DNA of 64,000 bases. Source: a virus. Numbering within the stretch: the stretch's first letter is position 1; each line of letters opens with the position of its first letter. Made by a program: the position numbers and the translations under genes. The notes below the pieces were generated by a model, which saw only the letters and a list, made by a program, of their open reading frames with translations, had not been told where the DNA came from and ran no database searches. Positions 1-8,844 of this stretch are shown piece by piece. The stretch spans positions 836-64,835 of the IMG/VR virus record IMGVR_UViG_3300012926_000004. The stretch is one strand, 5' to 3'.

Positions 1-77
1 ACTTCACGGGTATCGATTTCAAACATGTCTAAATCGAGTTCAGCAGGCGGAGGGGCAGGGGAGCGACGTTTAGCCAT
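1..77 (-). CDS. 5' end of a leftward gene running off the window (MAKRRSPAPPPAELDLDMFEIDTRE...)
   Basis: ATG at 77 with AAGG a few nt upstream; frame open to the window edge; not in the ORF track. Confidence 0.45.
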   Translation of the reverse strand, partial: MAKRRSPAPPPAELDLDMFEIDTRE

Positions 78-356
78 GGGAAGCCTTTCAGCGGTAGCGG
101 TACTGGTCAGGGAGGGTCGGTGAGGGTGGGGTGGAGCGAGCTGGAGCGCTACTGAGCGACACAGGCGCAGAGTCGCAAATAGGCCTGAAGAATCCTGTTG
201 CGCTGACGTCTCGATTGGATCTAGTATGAGTGTCTACCAAGTTGGCTGCCCGCTTGATCTGGTAACTATGCTGTGTAGTGTATCAGACATTTGTGGTATT
301 GGGTAGCCCTAAGTGATAGAAAGTTTAGCGCGGTTTCGCACGGTGGCAGATGGTGG

Positions 357-385
357 TTGACAGTTGCCTGGAGTGTGTGTAGAGT
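357..385 (+). promoter_or_regulatory. sigma70-type promoter
   Basis: TTGACA-N17-TAGAGT directly upstream of the Cas4-like gene. Confidence 0.7.
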
Positions 386-390
386 AAGTT

Positions 391-2397
391 TTGTTGACAG
401 CGGAAGGGAGTCCGCGAGCAAGCATGCCGATGAATTTTATCCCTGAAGTTTCTGATGATCTAGCCAAGACCGCTACGCAAGTGATTCCTGAGGCTCGTCG
501 GATTTATGTCGATCGCACGCGGCATAAGGACCGGCAGCGATGCAAGCGGCTTCGCTGGTTGTCCTATCACGCCGGAGCTACCTCGAATGGCATCCAGCCC
601 AAGCGCAAGTCTATCCACCTAGTCATTGGCTCAGCAGTGCACGTAGGCATGGAGCATCTCCTCTGGGGCATGCAGGATTACATCAATCAGCACAACCTTA
701 CCGTTGACGAAGGCTTCGCAGCGATCTCAGGGATCAACAGCCAGCGTGTGTGCGAGTTTCTTGAAGACCAAGCTGTAGACGCGGCACTCAAAGACCTCGT
801 AGCAATGACTGAGTTCGGCGTTGAGCTGGACGACCAGGAGAAGTTCGCAGCAGAGAAGGCTAAGACTGCGCTGACGACTGGGTCGCTGAATTCAGCAACA
901 GCGTCCTCCGGCGGCGACTCGATGATCGAGATCACGTTTGAGGATATGGTTCCAGCAGTGCCTGCGCCTAAGGCTGTGCTGCCTGCACCTGTCCAGTCCA
1001 GCATCGTAGACGTATTGCTTGGAGCCAACGCCCTGTCTACCGTCGACTGGGGAACGCCGATCTATCCAGCGTCCAAGAACCTGGTTGAGATCATGGAAGG
1101 TAACGACCCAGCGTTTCAGGTTGGCGATCCAGCGCTCGCCTCCATCGAAATCAACGTCCCAAGCGAACAAGCGAACGCGATGAAAACGGCTGGGCTCGAC
1201 AACTACTTGCTGGAAGAACTAGCCGCCCAGATCGAAGCCCTAGTCCGCGCCTATGCGCGTCGTCGCTGGAAGCCACTCCTCGATCAGTTCGAGATCCTCG
1301 AAGTCGAGCGTGAAGGTGAATGGCAGTTAGGCAAGATCGAGTACGATCGCTGGGTTATCGAGCCTGCAATCACATCTGTACCGGGAGCTGTAGACCCTTT
1401 CTATAGCCAGACTCTGAAGAGGTATGTTGACCAATACGAAATCTGGTTCATGTCCCGGCATGATGCGCTGTTGAAGGAACGCCAGACTGGGTACCTGTAC
1501 CTGCAGTCGTACAAGACTACCGGCTCATGGGACCGGCGCAAGGAAGCTGACGCACAAATAGACATGCAAGGCCTCTCCGAAGCTGTCGATGTCGAAAAGC
1601 GATTCTCGGAAGCCTGGCATATCATCCAACACAGTGGCGGCCCGATCACAAGCATTGATAACCTAGCCGATCAGATGGGCGATGGCCAACAGCTAAATCG
1701 TCTGGTGAACTTGCGCACGGCCAATTGGCTAGCCACGCTTCCAGAGCCGCCACGCATCCTCGGAGTCCGCTACGAGTACATGAACAAAGGCGCACGACGG
1801 CAGGACAAGAACGATACTGAGATGCCGAACCGGTACGTGGCCGACACGCCGCTAATCCGAGCCTATAAAACCGACGGCATCACAGCCGACGATCGCAAGT
1901 GGGGTTGGTCTTACGAAGTCTGTGACGCCTACGGCAAGTCCAAACGTCTCGACTATCGCACCTGGAAGAAGGCACCGATATGGCGGTTCATGACGATCAA
2001 GCAGTGGATTGACTTGCTCGATGCGGACAAGGTCCAGCCTGAGTCCTACGACAAGGAAGGCACCCGGCTCGACGCACTGGCTGACCAGTTCATGACACCG
2101 ATCCATTGCTTTAGAAACGAAGACGACATGCGGGACATGCTGGAGCAATTGCAGGCAGAAGAAGAAGAGAACGCGAGAGACGTGCTCGCTGTCTACGCCG
2201 TCCGCTCCGACCCAGGCAAGATGCGCTCTGAACTCAATCGACGCTTCTCGCAGAACCGTGCCAGCTGTTCGTACCCAGGCAAATGCCAGAACCACGAAAT
2301 CTGCTACGGCAGTGCTGATATCCGTCGTGACCCTGAAGGCAGCGGCCTGTACCAGATCCGCGTGGCAAACCATCCGCAGGAGAATTATCAACCGTAG
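391..2397 (+). CDS. Cas4-like / PD-(D/E)XK exonuclease with large insertion
   Basis: N-terminal Cys (RCKR) plus C-terminal CSYPGKCQNHEIC cluster; GSAVH helix; RHDALL...QSYKT core; adjacent to Sak4-like ATPase and SSB-like gene. True start may be ATG 424 or 430. Confidence 0.75.
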   Translation: MLTAEGSPRASMPMNFIPEVSDDLAKTATQVIPEARRIYVDRTRHKDRQRCKRLRWLSYHAGATSNGIQPKRKSIHLVIGSAVHVGMEHLLWGMQDYINQHNLTVDEGFAAISGINSQRVCEFLEDQAVDAALKDLVAMTEFGVELDDQEKFAAEKAKTALTTGSLNSATASSGGDSMIEITFEDMVPAVPAPKAVLPAPVQSSIVDVLLGANALSTVDWGTPIYPASKNLVEIMEGNDPAFQVGDPALASIEINVPSEQANAMKTAGLDNYLLEELAAQIEALVRAYARRRWKPLLDQFEILEVEREGEWQLGKIEYDRWVIEPAITSVPGAVDPFYSQTLKRYVDQYEIWFMSRHDALLKERQTGYLYLQSYKTTGSWDRRKEADAQIDMQGLSEAVDVEKRFSEAWHIIQHSGGPITSIDNLADQMGDGQQLNRLVNLRTANWLATLPEPPRILGVRYEYMNKGARRQDKNDTEMPNRYVADTPLIRAYKTDGITADDRKWGWSYEVCDAYGKSKRLDYRTWKKAPIWRFMTIKQWIDLLDADKVQPESYDKEGTRLDALADQFMTPIHCFRNEDDMRDMLEQLQAEEEENARDVLAVYAVRSDPGKMRSELNRRFSQNRASCSYPGKCQNHEICYGSADIRRDPEGSGLYQIRVANHPQENYQP

Positions 2398-2426
2398 TTG
2401 ACAAAGGTTTCGCGTAGTGGTATTGT
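2398..2426 (+). promoter_or_regulatory. sigma70-type promoter with extended -10
   Basis: TTGACA-N17-TATTGT with TG-n before the -10. Confidence 0.7.
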
Positions 2427-2440
2427 AGCTCCTGAGAGCA

Positions 2441-2458
2441 AGACAACAGAGACAACAG
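2441..2458 (+). repeat. tandem direct repeat (AGACAACAG)x2, candidate operator
   Basis: exact 9-bp tandem repeat between the promoter and the RHH-like gene. Confidence 0.6.
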
Positions 2459-2521
2459 ATAAGTAAATGATCCTCTTCAGCACCCTCTTCTCCATTACCA
2501 CACATTTCAGAAGGAGCACCA

Positions 2522-2758
2522 ATGCCCAGCGAATACCGCAATCCCAAGCTCAGCAAGAGCGACCCAATGGTGGTCGAGCATATCAAGATTCCGAAGTCAG
2601 TTCTAGCCTCATTGAACATCTCAGCCGCGAGCCGTCAACGTCATCGCTCGTTTGTAGTGCGCGAGATCCTGGAAACATGGAAGGTCCAATTCGACAAAGA
2701 CATGGCTGCAAACGCAGTAGCAGCAGCTAAGTCCAGCAGAAAAACCTCAGCGGCTTAG
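2522..2758 (+). CDS. small ribbon-helix-helix-like DNA-binding protein
   Basis: AAGGAG RBS; beta-strand (VEHIKIP) then helix-helix pattern (SVLASL...RSFVVREIL). Confidence 0.55.
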   Translation: MPSEYRNPKLSKSDPMVVEHIKIPKSVLASLNISAASRQRHRSFVVREILETWKVQFDKDMAANAVAAAKSSRKTSAA

Positions 2759-2775
2759 TCAGACCGCAACGTAGT

Positions 2776-2799
2776 ACAGCTCACAGCTCACAGCTCACA
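2776..2799 (+). repeat. heptamer tandem repeat (ACAGCTC)x3
   Basis: ACAGCTCACAGCTCACAGCTCACA in the intergenic gap before the ATPase. Confidence 0.8.
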
Positions 2800-2835
2800 A
2801 CAACGCTTACCTAATCGCAGAAGGAGCATTACTTC

Positions 2836-3873
2836 ATGGCACGTTCGGGAGTCATCTATGGAGCCTCAGGCACATTCAAATCGACCGCAGGCAAACACTT
2901 CTCCAGGTACATCTACAAGAAAACCGGCAAAGCCACGCTATTATTCAGTCTAGACGGCGGTGGCTGGGGGCCAATGGAGCCTGAGATCCGGGGTGGAATC
3001 ATCCTTCCGTACCGCGGCAACACGCAAGTCCCTCTGCCAGTGCTGCGCAAGATAAGCCAGGGCTACTGGCCTGAGGATTCCGGCGAGACGGAGATCAGCA
3101 AAACCAACCTGCGCTCGATTGACTGGGCACGGTTCGGCGGCCTATTCGTAGAAGGTCTGTCCTCGATCAGCCAAGCTCTAATGCGGCATCTAGCCGATCA
3201 ACAGATCAAGACTGGCGAGGAAGCTACTAGTCCGTTCTCGCAGCGCGTGGTCGTCGAAGGCCAAGTAGTCACTGAAACGTTTGCCGGCAACAGCAAAGCG
3301 CATTATGGATTCGTGCAAAACCAGTTGTACTCCCTGGTCACCAACTTTACCTCTCTCCCTCTTGAATACGTTCTGTTCTCCGCGCTTGAATCACGTACTG
3401 AAGAAGATGATCGCTCGACGATCTACGGGCCGCAGGTCGCAGGCAAAAAGGCTACTGCACTCGTCCCTAGCTGGGTCGGCGACTGTCTGCACTCCGAAGC
3501 TTATCCTGTTGAGAAATTCATCCAGGTTCCTGACCCTAAAGACGCGACGAAGAAGATCGAAACCAGAGTCGTCGAGACTCTAGTCCGCACGTACTTCGTC
3601 AAGCATCCAGACCCCAGCACTGGAATCATGTTTCCGGCGAAACCTCGAATCGACTCTGAGAAAGTCGGCGAACTGATGAAGCTATTTCCAGGTGGATATT
3701 ACGAGCCGTCGCCGTCCCATGGCCTCGACACCTATCTCGAAGCTATTGACTCATTCAACGAGTCCTCAGGAGATGACGCTGGTGACTGGCGTGCTGAAGT
3801 CGATAAAAAGTTTGGTCGTGTGACTGTGGCTGGACCGATTGCCACAGCTTCACTTCCTAAAGCCACCAAGTAA
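2836..3873 (+). CDS. Sak4-like AAA (AAA_24) recombination ATPase
   Basis: P-loop GASGTFKS, FVEGLS Walker B-like motif, YGPQVAGK motif; AAGGAG RBS; Cas4-Sak4-SSB synteny. Confidence 0.8.
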   Translation: MARSGVIYGASGTFKSTAGKHFSRYIYKKTGKATLLFSLDGGGWGPMEPEIRGGIILPYRGNTQVPLPVLRKISQGYWPEDSGETEISKTNLRSIDWARFGGLFVEGLSSISQALMRHLADQQIKTGEEATSPFSQRVVVEGQVVTETFAGNSKAHYGFVQNQLYSLVTNFTSLPLEYVLFSALESRTEEDDRSTIYGPQVAGKKATALVPSWVGDCLHSEAYPVEKFIQVPDPKDATKKIETRVVETLVRTYFVKHPDPSTGIMFPAKPRIDSEKVGELMKLFPGGYYEPSPSHGLDTYLEAIDSFNESSGDDAGDWRAEVDKKFGRVTVAGPIATASLPKATK

Positions 3874-3964
3874 GACAGAGACAGAGAACCTGCTGCTTGC
3901 TGTGCTGCCTTGGTCAACGTTGACCTGAAGTAGAACCATCAACCTGAAGAAAGGACCGAACCTA

Positions 3965-4204
3965 ATGACAACCGAGAATGAAGTCGTAGGAGTTGGAGCA
4001 CCGGCACCGACAAGCATTACCGCAACACCAGCTTCAACAGCATCAGTAACTACGGCGTTGCCAAAGCAGAACACTACCGTCTCCATTACCCTGGACGCTG
4101 ATGTTTATGCCTACTACGCGGCAAAGGCTAAGGAAGACGATCGTAGCCTGGCTAAGTATCTGCAGCGCGAGCTGAAGGCTAAGTTTGATTCTGGAATAGA
4201 GTAA
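3965..4204 (+). CDS. ribbon-helix-helix (CopG/BrnA-like) protein
   Basis: TVSITLDADVYAYYAAKAKEDDRSLAKYLQREL is a typical RHH pattern; AAGGA RBS. Confidence 0.7.
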   Translation: MTTENEVVGVGAPAPTSITATPASTASVTTALPKQNTTVSITLDADVYAYYAAKAKEDDRSLAKYLQRELKAKFDSGIE

Positions 4205-4287
4205 GCCGGCAGGCCCATCAGCTAGGCAACCCACATCCACCGCTCAGCCTGTCTGAGCCACAACAGCACCGAAAGGAAGCACTAACA

Positions 4288-5007
4288 ATGGCTACCAATC
4301 CCGCAACTGATTTTGCATCACCCGTATACATGGAAGAGACGGCTGGCGACGCATCTCTCGCTGACGTAGTCGTAGTCGACCTCAACGATCCCAACCTGCT
4401 GCTGGCAGAGTTCGACACCAACTCTGACATCGATCCTTACGCAGCTCCTCCGCCAGTAGCTGACGGCACCTACCTCGTCAAGATCAAGCAGATTGACGTC
4501 AAGGGACCGAACGGCGAGCTGGTACGTCACACAGTACGCACCGGCACCGGCGAGAATGCCAAAGCCTATGCGTTCACGGCTCTCGAAGCGCGCATCATCG
4601 ATCCCGGCGCTCCGTTCGATAACTTCGTTGTTTTTGACCGTTTTGTCAGCACTCTACCTGCCCGTAACGGTGGCGTGCCGATCGTGCGCATCCTTACCTG
4701 CCTGGGCGTACAGCTTCCGGCTCGTATCAATGCAAAGATCTTGCTCGATGCCTTCTTCAATGCAGTAGCGAGCGAGCCCGAGCTTCGTATCGAGACCGAG
4801 TGGGAAGGTTCTGTGAGCAAGGAAGATGCTGACAAGCTGTATGCCGCTGGCGTGGACAAAAAGAAGTTTCCACGGGTTTATGGAATGCGTAAGTTCCCCC
4901 AAGACAGCAAGGGGAACCCGATTCCTGAGATCGTTGTTGATTCGCCGATTGGCAAATTGGAGCTGCGAGCGAACGTTCGCATTACAGGGTACTTTCCTAA
5001 GGCGTAA
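4288..5007 (+). CDS. DUF669-like single-stranded DNA-binding protein
   Basis: PPPVADGTYLVKIKQID motif; position after Sak4-like gene. Confidence 0.6.
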   Translation: MATNPATDFASPVYMEETAGDASLADVVVVDLNDPNLLLAEFDTNSDIDPYAAPPPVADGTYLVKIKQIDVKGPNGELVRHTVRTGTGENAKAYAFTALEARIIDPGAPFDNFVVFDRFVSTLPARNGGVPIVRILTCLGVQLPARINAKILLDAFFNAVASEPELRIETEWEGSVSKEDADKLYAAGVDKKKFPRVYGMRKFPQDSKGNPIPEIVVDSPIGKLELRANVRITGYFPKA

Positions 5008-5113
5008 CCAAGATTGGCGAGCAGTGGTGTGCAAGCTGATGAAGTGAACCGAAGTGAGCTGGCAGTTGAAAGGCTGCCAGCTCACCTCCCTAACATGGCC
5101 CCGGAGCTCGATC

Positions 5114-5371
5114 ATGGGATATACAGATTTCGACAACAAAGGTTCGTATCAAGGCGACGCTGAGCGCAATGCGGAAGCGATACGCATCCTCAATCGCATC
5201 AAGCCTGCAGTGCTATCCGCCGCAGCCTCCGACGAAGATCTACCAGAGTTCAGCAACAACGCGATGGGATTTGTGATGGGCTTGATCGATACCCTAGATC
5301 TAACAGGCACAGTTCAAGTCACGGTAAAAATGCTGTGGTGGCTCCGCGATCTCAACGATAAGGTGGACTGA
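5114..5371 (+). CDS. hypothetical protein
   Basis: GGAG RBS before ATG 5114; packed in operon. Confidence 0.55.
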   Translation: MGYTDFDNKGSYQGDAERNAEAIRILNRIKPAVLSAAASDEDLPEFSNNAMGFVMGLIDTLDLTGTVQVTVKMLWWLRDLNDKVD

Positions 5372-5378
5372 TCCAGCC

Positions 5379-5759
5379 ATGGCTAAATTCGCAGGCGGAG
5401 TCAGCGTCGACAAAAAGGGATACCTGGTGATCAAAGCTGGGAAGCATCGAGACCGCAGGGTGCATATTATGATCGCGGAAGCGATGCTGGGCCGGGAGCT
5501 AACGGCTGATGAGGATGTCGACCATCGCAACGCCGACAAGCTCGACTGCGACTGGCGTAACCTGAAGGTTATCAGCAAGGCTGAGCACGGTGCTGTCTCG
5601 AACCGCCAGCGATGGTTCCTGGAAAACCGAGCCGAGCAAGAACGTGCTGAATGGGAAGCTTGGATACACAACGGCGGCAATCGCCCTGATGAAGGCCAAG
5701 ACGTAGATATCACAGACGAAGACATAAAGTTCAACCCAGAGGATTTCCCCAATGCCTAA
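5379..5759 (+). CDS. HNH endonuclease (HNH_3-like)
   Basis: RVHIMIAEAMLGREL...VDHRNADKLDCDWRNL motif. Confidence 0.8.
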   Translation: MAKFAGGVSVDKKGYLVIKAGKHRDRRVHIMIAEAMLGRELTADEDVDHRNADKLDCDWRNLKVISKAEHGAVSNRQRWFLENRAEQERAEWEAWIHNGGNRPDEGQDVDITDEDIKFNPEDFPNA

Positions 5760-7296
5760 CGATTACGATCTTGACCTATACCACGATGATGAGCCTGCTG
5801 AAGTAGCTGCAGCACAGCCTTACGATCCGGCTTTGAACCTGACCTTGGCTGATGTAGCTGTAGACGAAGTCAGCACGACCCAGGCCTCCACCGAAGACCT
5901 CTACATCAACTTCGACGAAGATGGCGAGGGCTCGACTTCGTTCGATCCACAGCAAGGCACGCTACGTGAGACCGAATGCAGTTTTATTACGGGGTGTGCG
6001 GGTTCTGGCAAGTCGTATACCCTCCGTCAAAGGATCGCTGAAGATGCCAGTTATGCAGTGCTAGCGGCCACAACCGGCATATCGGCTATCAACCTAAACG
6101 CGGCCACGATTCATTCTCTGCTAGGTTTTCGGGACACCGATTCGCTTCGTGATGCTTACATCAGTGGCAGCGCACAAGGCAAGCTCAAAAAGATCGTTGG
6201 CGAAGGCTACAAGAACGTTGTGATTGATGAGGTCAGTATGCTCAGTCATGAGGCTCTGGATCTGATTGTCAAGATTTTCGATAACGTCAACCAGAACCTG
6301 GCTTACCGTGAAAAAACGATCGGCCTGATCCTGACTGGCGATTTTTGTCAGCTACCTGCTATCCCAGACAAGCCGCGTGTGCCGGGCAGCAAAGTCAAGA
6401 TGCCGACTCCGTGGGCTTTCGATGCCCAGTCATGGAAGCGGTTCGATAAGAACACACTGAAGCTAACGAAGGTCTGGCGGCAGTCGGACGAGCGATACCT
6501 AGCGGCACTGAACTATGCACGCCAGGGCAAAGGCGACATGGCCGCTGGCGCACTCGTTTCCGCTGGAGTCACGTTTGCTGGGACCTCAGATTCTAACTTC
6601 GACGGCACAACGATTGTAGGCAAGAACGAACAAGTGGACCGGTTCAACGAGGCGTCACTGATGAAGCTGCCTGGAAGGTTGATTGGGCTGCCGTCACGCC
6701 GCTGGGGCCGCGAGAGATCCGAATGGAAGAACATTCCAGTGCAGACTAAAATCCGCGAAGGCGCTTATGTCATGCTGCTGGTCAACAAGTACAACGGCTT
6801 TCAGGATCTGGAATACGCTAACGGAGACTGTGGCCACGTGCGCGGCATTCAGCCGAGTCAGAACGGTGCACCACCGCAGGTAATGGTAGAGCTGGCTCGC
6901 AATAACCGGATTGTGTATGTGTCGGCTATTATCCGTGCTGTAGAGACCAAGGACAAGCCGGATGACATGACAGGCGAGATTGACATCAATCTGCGTGATG
7001 ACGTGGGTGGGTATATTCCACAAGCGCATTATCGATGCAACGCGCGTAAGTATGTATCGGGACAGCTGGAGTATTTTCCAATCCGGTTGGCGTATGCCAC
7101 AACGTGCCACAAGGCTCAGGGGTTGTCGCTGGATCGTGTACAGATCGACATGCGCGATTGGATGATGAAGAGTCCGGCGATGACCTATGTGAGTTTGTCT
7201 CGGTGCAGGACGATCGAGGGTCTACGGATTATCGGCCGACCGGATGACGTGCGTGACAAGTGCAGGATCGATCCGAGGGTGCTTCGATGGCTATAG
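5752..7296 (+). CDS. Pif1/RecD-like SF1B DNA helicase
   Basis: GCAGSGKS, IDEVSM, GDFCQL, YATTCHKAQGLSLD, YVSLSR motifs. Confidence 0.92.
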   Translation: MPNDYDLDLYHDDEPAEVAAAQPYDPALNLTLADVAVDEVSTTQASTEDLYINFDEDGEGSTSFDPQQGTLRETECSFITGCAGSGKSYTLRQRIAEDASYAVLAATTGISAINLNAATIHSLLGFRDTDSLRDAYISGSAQGKLKKIVGEGYKNVVIDEVSMLSHEALDLIVKIFDNVNQNLAYREKTIGLILTGDFCQLPAIPDKPRVPGSKVKMPTPWAFDAQSWKRFDKNTLKLTKVWRQSDERYLAALNYARQGKGDMAAGALVSAGVTFAGTSDSNFDGTTIVGKNEQVDRFNEASLMKLPGRLIGLPSRRWGRERSEWKNIPVQTKIREGAYVMLLVNKYNGFQDLEYANGDCGHVRGIQPSQNGAPPQVMVELARNNRIVYVSAIIRAVETKDKPDDMTGEIDINLRDDVGGYIPQAHYRCNARKYVSGQLEYFPIRLAYATTCHKAQGLSLDRVQIDMRDWMMKSPAMTYVSLSRCRTIEGLRIIGRPDDVRDKCRIDPRVLRWL

Positions 7297-7505
7297 CTGA
7301 ACGTAAGACAGTACTGCACGTTCGTCCTCGGGAATGTTCTTGCTGCCTTGAGTTTGAAACAGTTGATGTGACCGAGGGCGAAGCGTATGCACAGTTTATA
7401 TCCTCGCTGAATGTGTCGGCGGATAAGTTAGAACTGGCTATCGAACTCTGGAAGGGTGTCTATCCGCATGGAGTTGTAAAACGCCACGATGTCACAGTGA
7501 ATTGA
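7287..7505 (+). CDS. hypothetical protein
   Basis: GAGGG RBS; overlaps helicase stop. Confidence 0.5.
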   Translation: MAIAERKTVLHVRPRECSCCLEFETVDVTEGEAYAQFISSLNVSADKLELAIELWKGVYPHGVVKRHDVTVN

Positions 7506-7508
7506 ACT

Positions 7509-8321
7509 ATGAAGCATAGCGAGCTCAAACTAAAAGATCGCAGCTCGGGAATGACTACACTGGCATGGCACGACGCCTGCAAAAAGGAAGCTGAGGAATC
7601 TATGGCGGAACATGAAGTGGCTGGAATCGATCCACAGAAACTAGTCGTTCTGGAAACGATCGAGGACAAGCGTGTAGCTGAGTACATTGCTGAGCAGCTG
7701 CGGCAGTCTGTAGTCAAACTGGCCGACAGGGTCGAGCAGGATTACGTAGCGGATTGGAAGGCGGGCGTGGCAGAACGAAACGGTGAGATTCAAAATGCTT
7801 GGGGAGATGTTGTGCAAGCTGAGGACGTAAAAACAGTCAGACAGATTGATGATCTGTATGTGAAGTTCCCGACCGAGGATGAGGATGAGGACGAGGCTAC
7901 GGTTGCGGTTGCCGTTGTCGAGGAGCCTGTGCTGGTAGAGGATGCTGATGGCATTCCAGCTCACCTGCTAGACGTGCCACCGCATCTCTGGCCGACCTAC
8001 GGCGGCATTGAGCGCAACAGCATGCCTAACCCTAACCGTCTGCCGGACTGGACGGCTGAGGCCCCGCCGCAAGCTCATCGTCGCGTTCGTACTGAGCCAC
8101 GCGCCAAGCACGTCCAGTCAGCATTCAACAAGACGTTTACGCGTGACAACCCGAAGCGTCCAGGGATGAACCTACCGATCAAGCGTGCTGAGAGTAAGAA
8201 TCCTGAAGGTTTGACGGGGCGGCAATTGAAGAAGGCGCGCAAAGCTTTACAACGTGAACAGAAAGCTGTTGATTTAGCACGAACAGAGATGTTCGAGAAA
8301 GTTAGCGAGGGGGTAGAGTAA
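7509..8321 (+). CDS. hypothetical protein (acidic middle, basic C-terminus)
   Basis: 270-codon ORF tightly packed in operon. Confidence 0.65.
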   Translation: MKHSELKLKDRSSGMTTLAWHDACKKEAEESMAEHEVAGIDPQKLVVLETIEDKRVAEYIAEQLRQSVVKLADRVEQDYVADWKAGVAERNGEIQNAWGDVVQAEDVKTVRQIDDLYVKFPTEDEDEDEATVAVAVVEEPVLVEDADGIPAHLLDVPPHLWPTYGGIERNSMPNPNRLPDWTAEAPPQAHRRVRTEPRAKHVQSAFNKTFTRDNPKRPGMNLPIKRAESKNPEGLTGRQLKKARKALQREQKAVDLARTEMFEKVSEGVE

Positions 8322-8770
8322 TGGCATTGGAAGCAGATGATTGGGGAGTAGCTGAAGCAACGCCGAGTGACCGTGAGATCGAGGAGCACGATGCAGGTTA
8401 TGCGATTACGCGCTTAGTTCAGCTCGTGCATGAGCGCAACGTAGCAGTCGGCTGGTGGTCGGATCTGTACACGAACATGCCGTTGGATCGCAACGTTGGC
8501 GAGATGTTGATGTTGGTCGTGTCCGAGATCTCCGAGGCGATGGAAGGTCATCGCAAGCGTCTATATGACGATCACATTATTGGCAGGCCTATGGTTGAGG
8601 TTGAGCTCGCTGACGCGCTGATTCGCATATTTGATATTGCAGGCGGGATCAAGTTCAACGGTCAGCCTTTGGATCTGGGTGGCGCTTTCGAGGAGAAGTT
8701 AGCGTATAACCGAGAACGGTTGGATCACAAGGCAGCAAGCCGTTTGGAAGAGAACGGTAAGAAGTACTAG
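8321..8770 (+). CDS. MazG-like nucleotide pyrophosphohydrolase
   Basis: SEISEAMEG...EVELADALIRIFD (ExxE...ExAD) motif. Confidence 0.85.
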   Translation: MALEADDWGVAEATPSDREIEEHDAGYAITRLVQLVHERNVAVGWWSDLYTNMPLDRNVGEMLMLVVSEISEAMEGHRKRLYDDHIIGRPMVEVELADALIRIFDIAGGIKFNGQPLDLGGAFEEKLAYNRERLDHKAASRLEENGKKY

Positions 8771-8844
8771 CACTAGCACTAACTCTATCAACTTTCCATC
8801 AACATCAAAGCCGTGCTAACGTAGACGGCCTAGCCCTTGTACGT

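Noticed and set aside
78-356. Replication origin in the divergent intergenic region
   Set aside because: No iterons or clear AT-rich unwinding element; only position suggests it
391-2397. CRISPR-Cas locus suggested by Cas4
   Set aside because: No array or other cas genes; Cas4-Sak4-SSB is a standard phage recombination module
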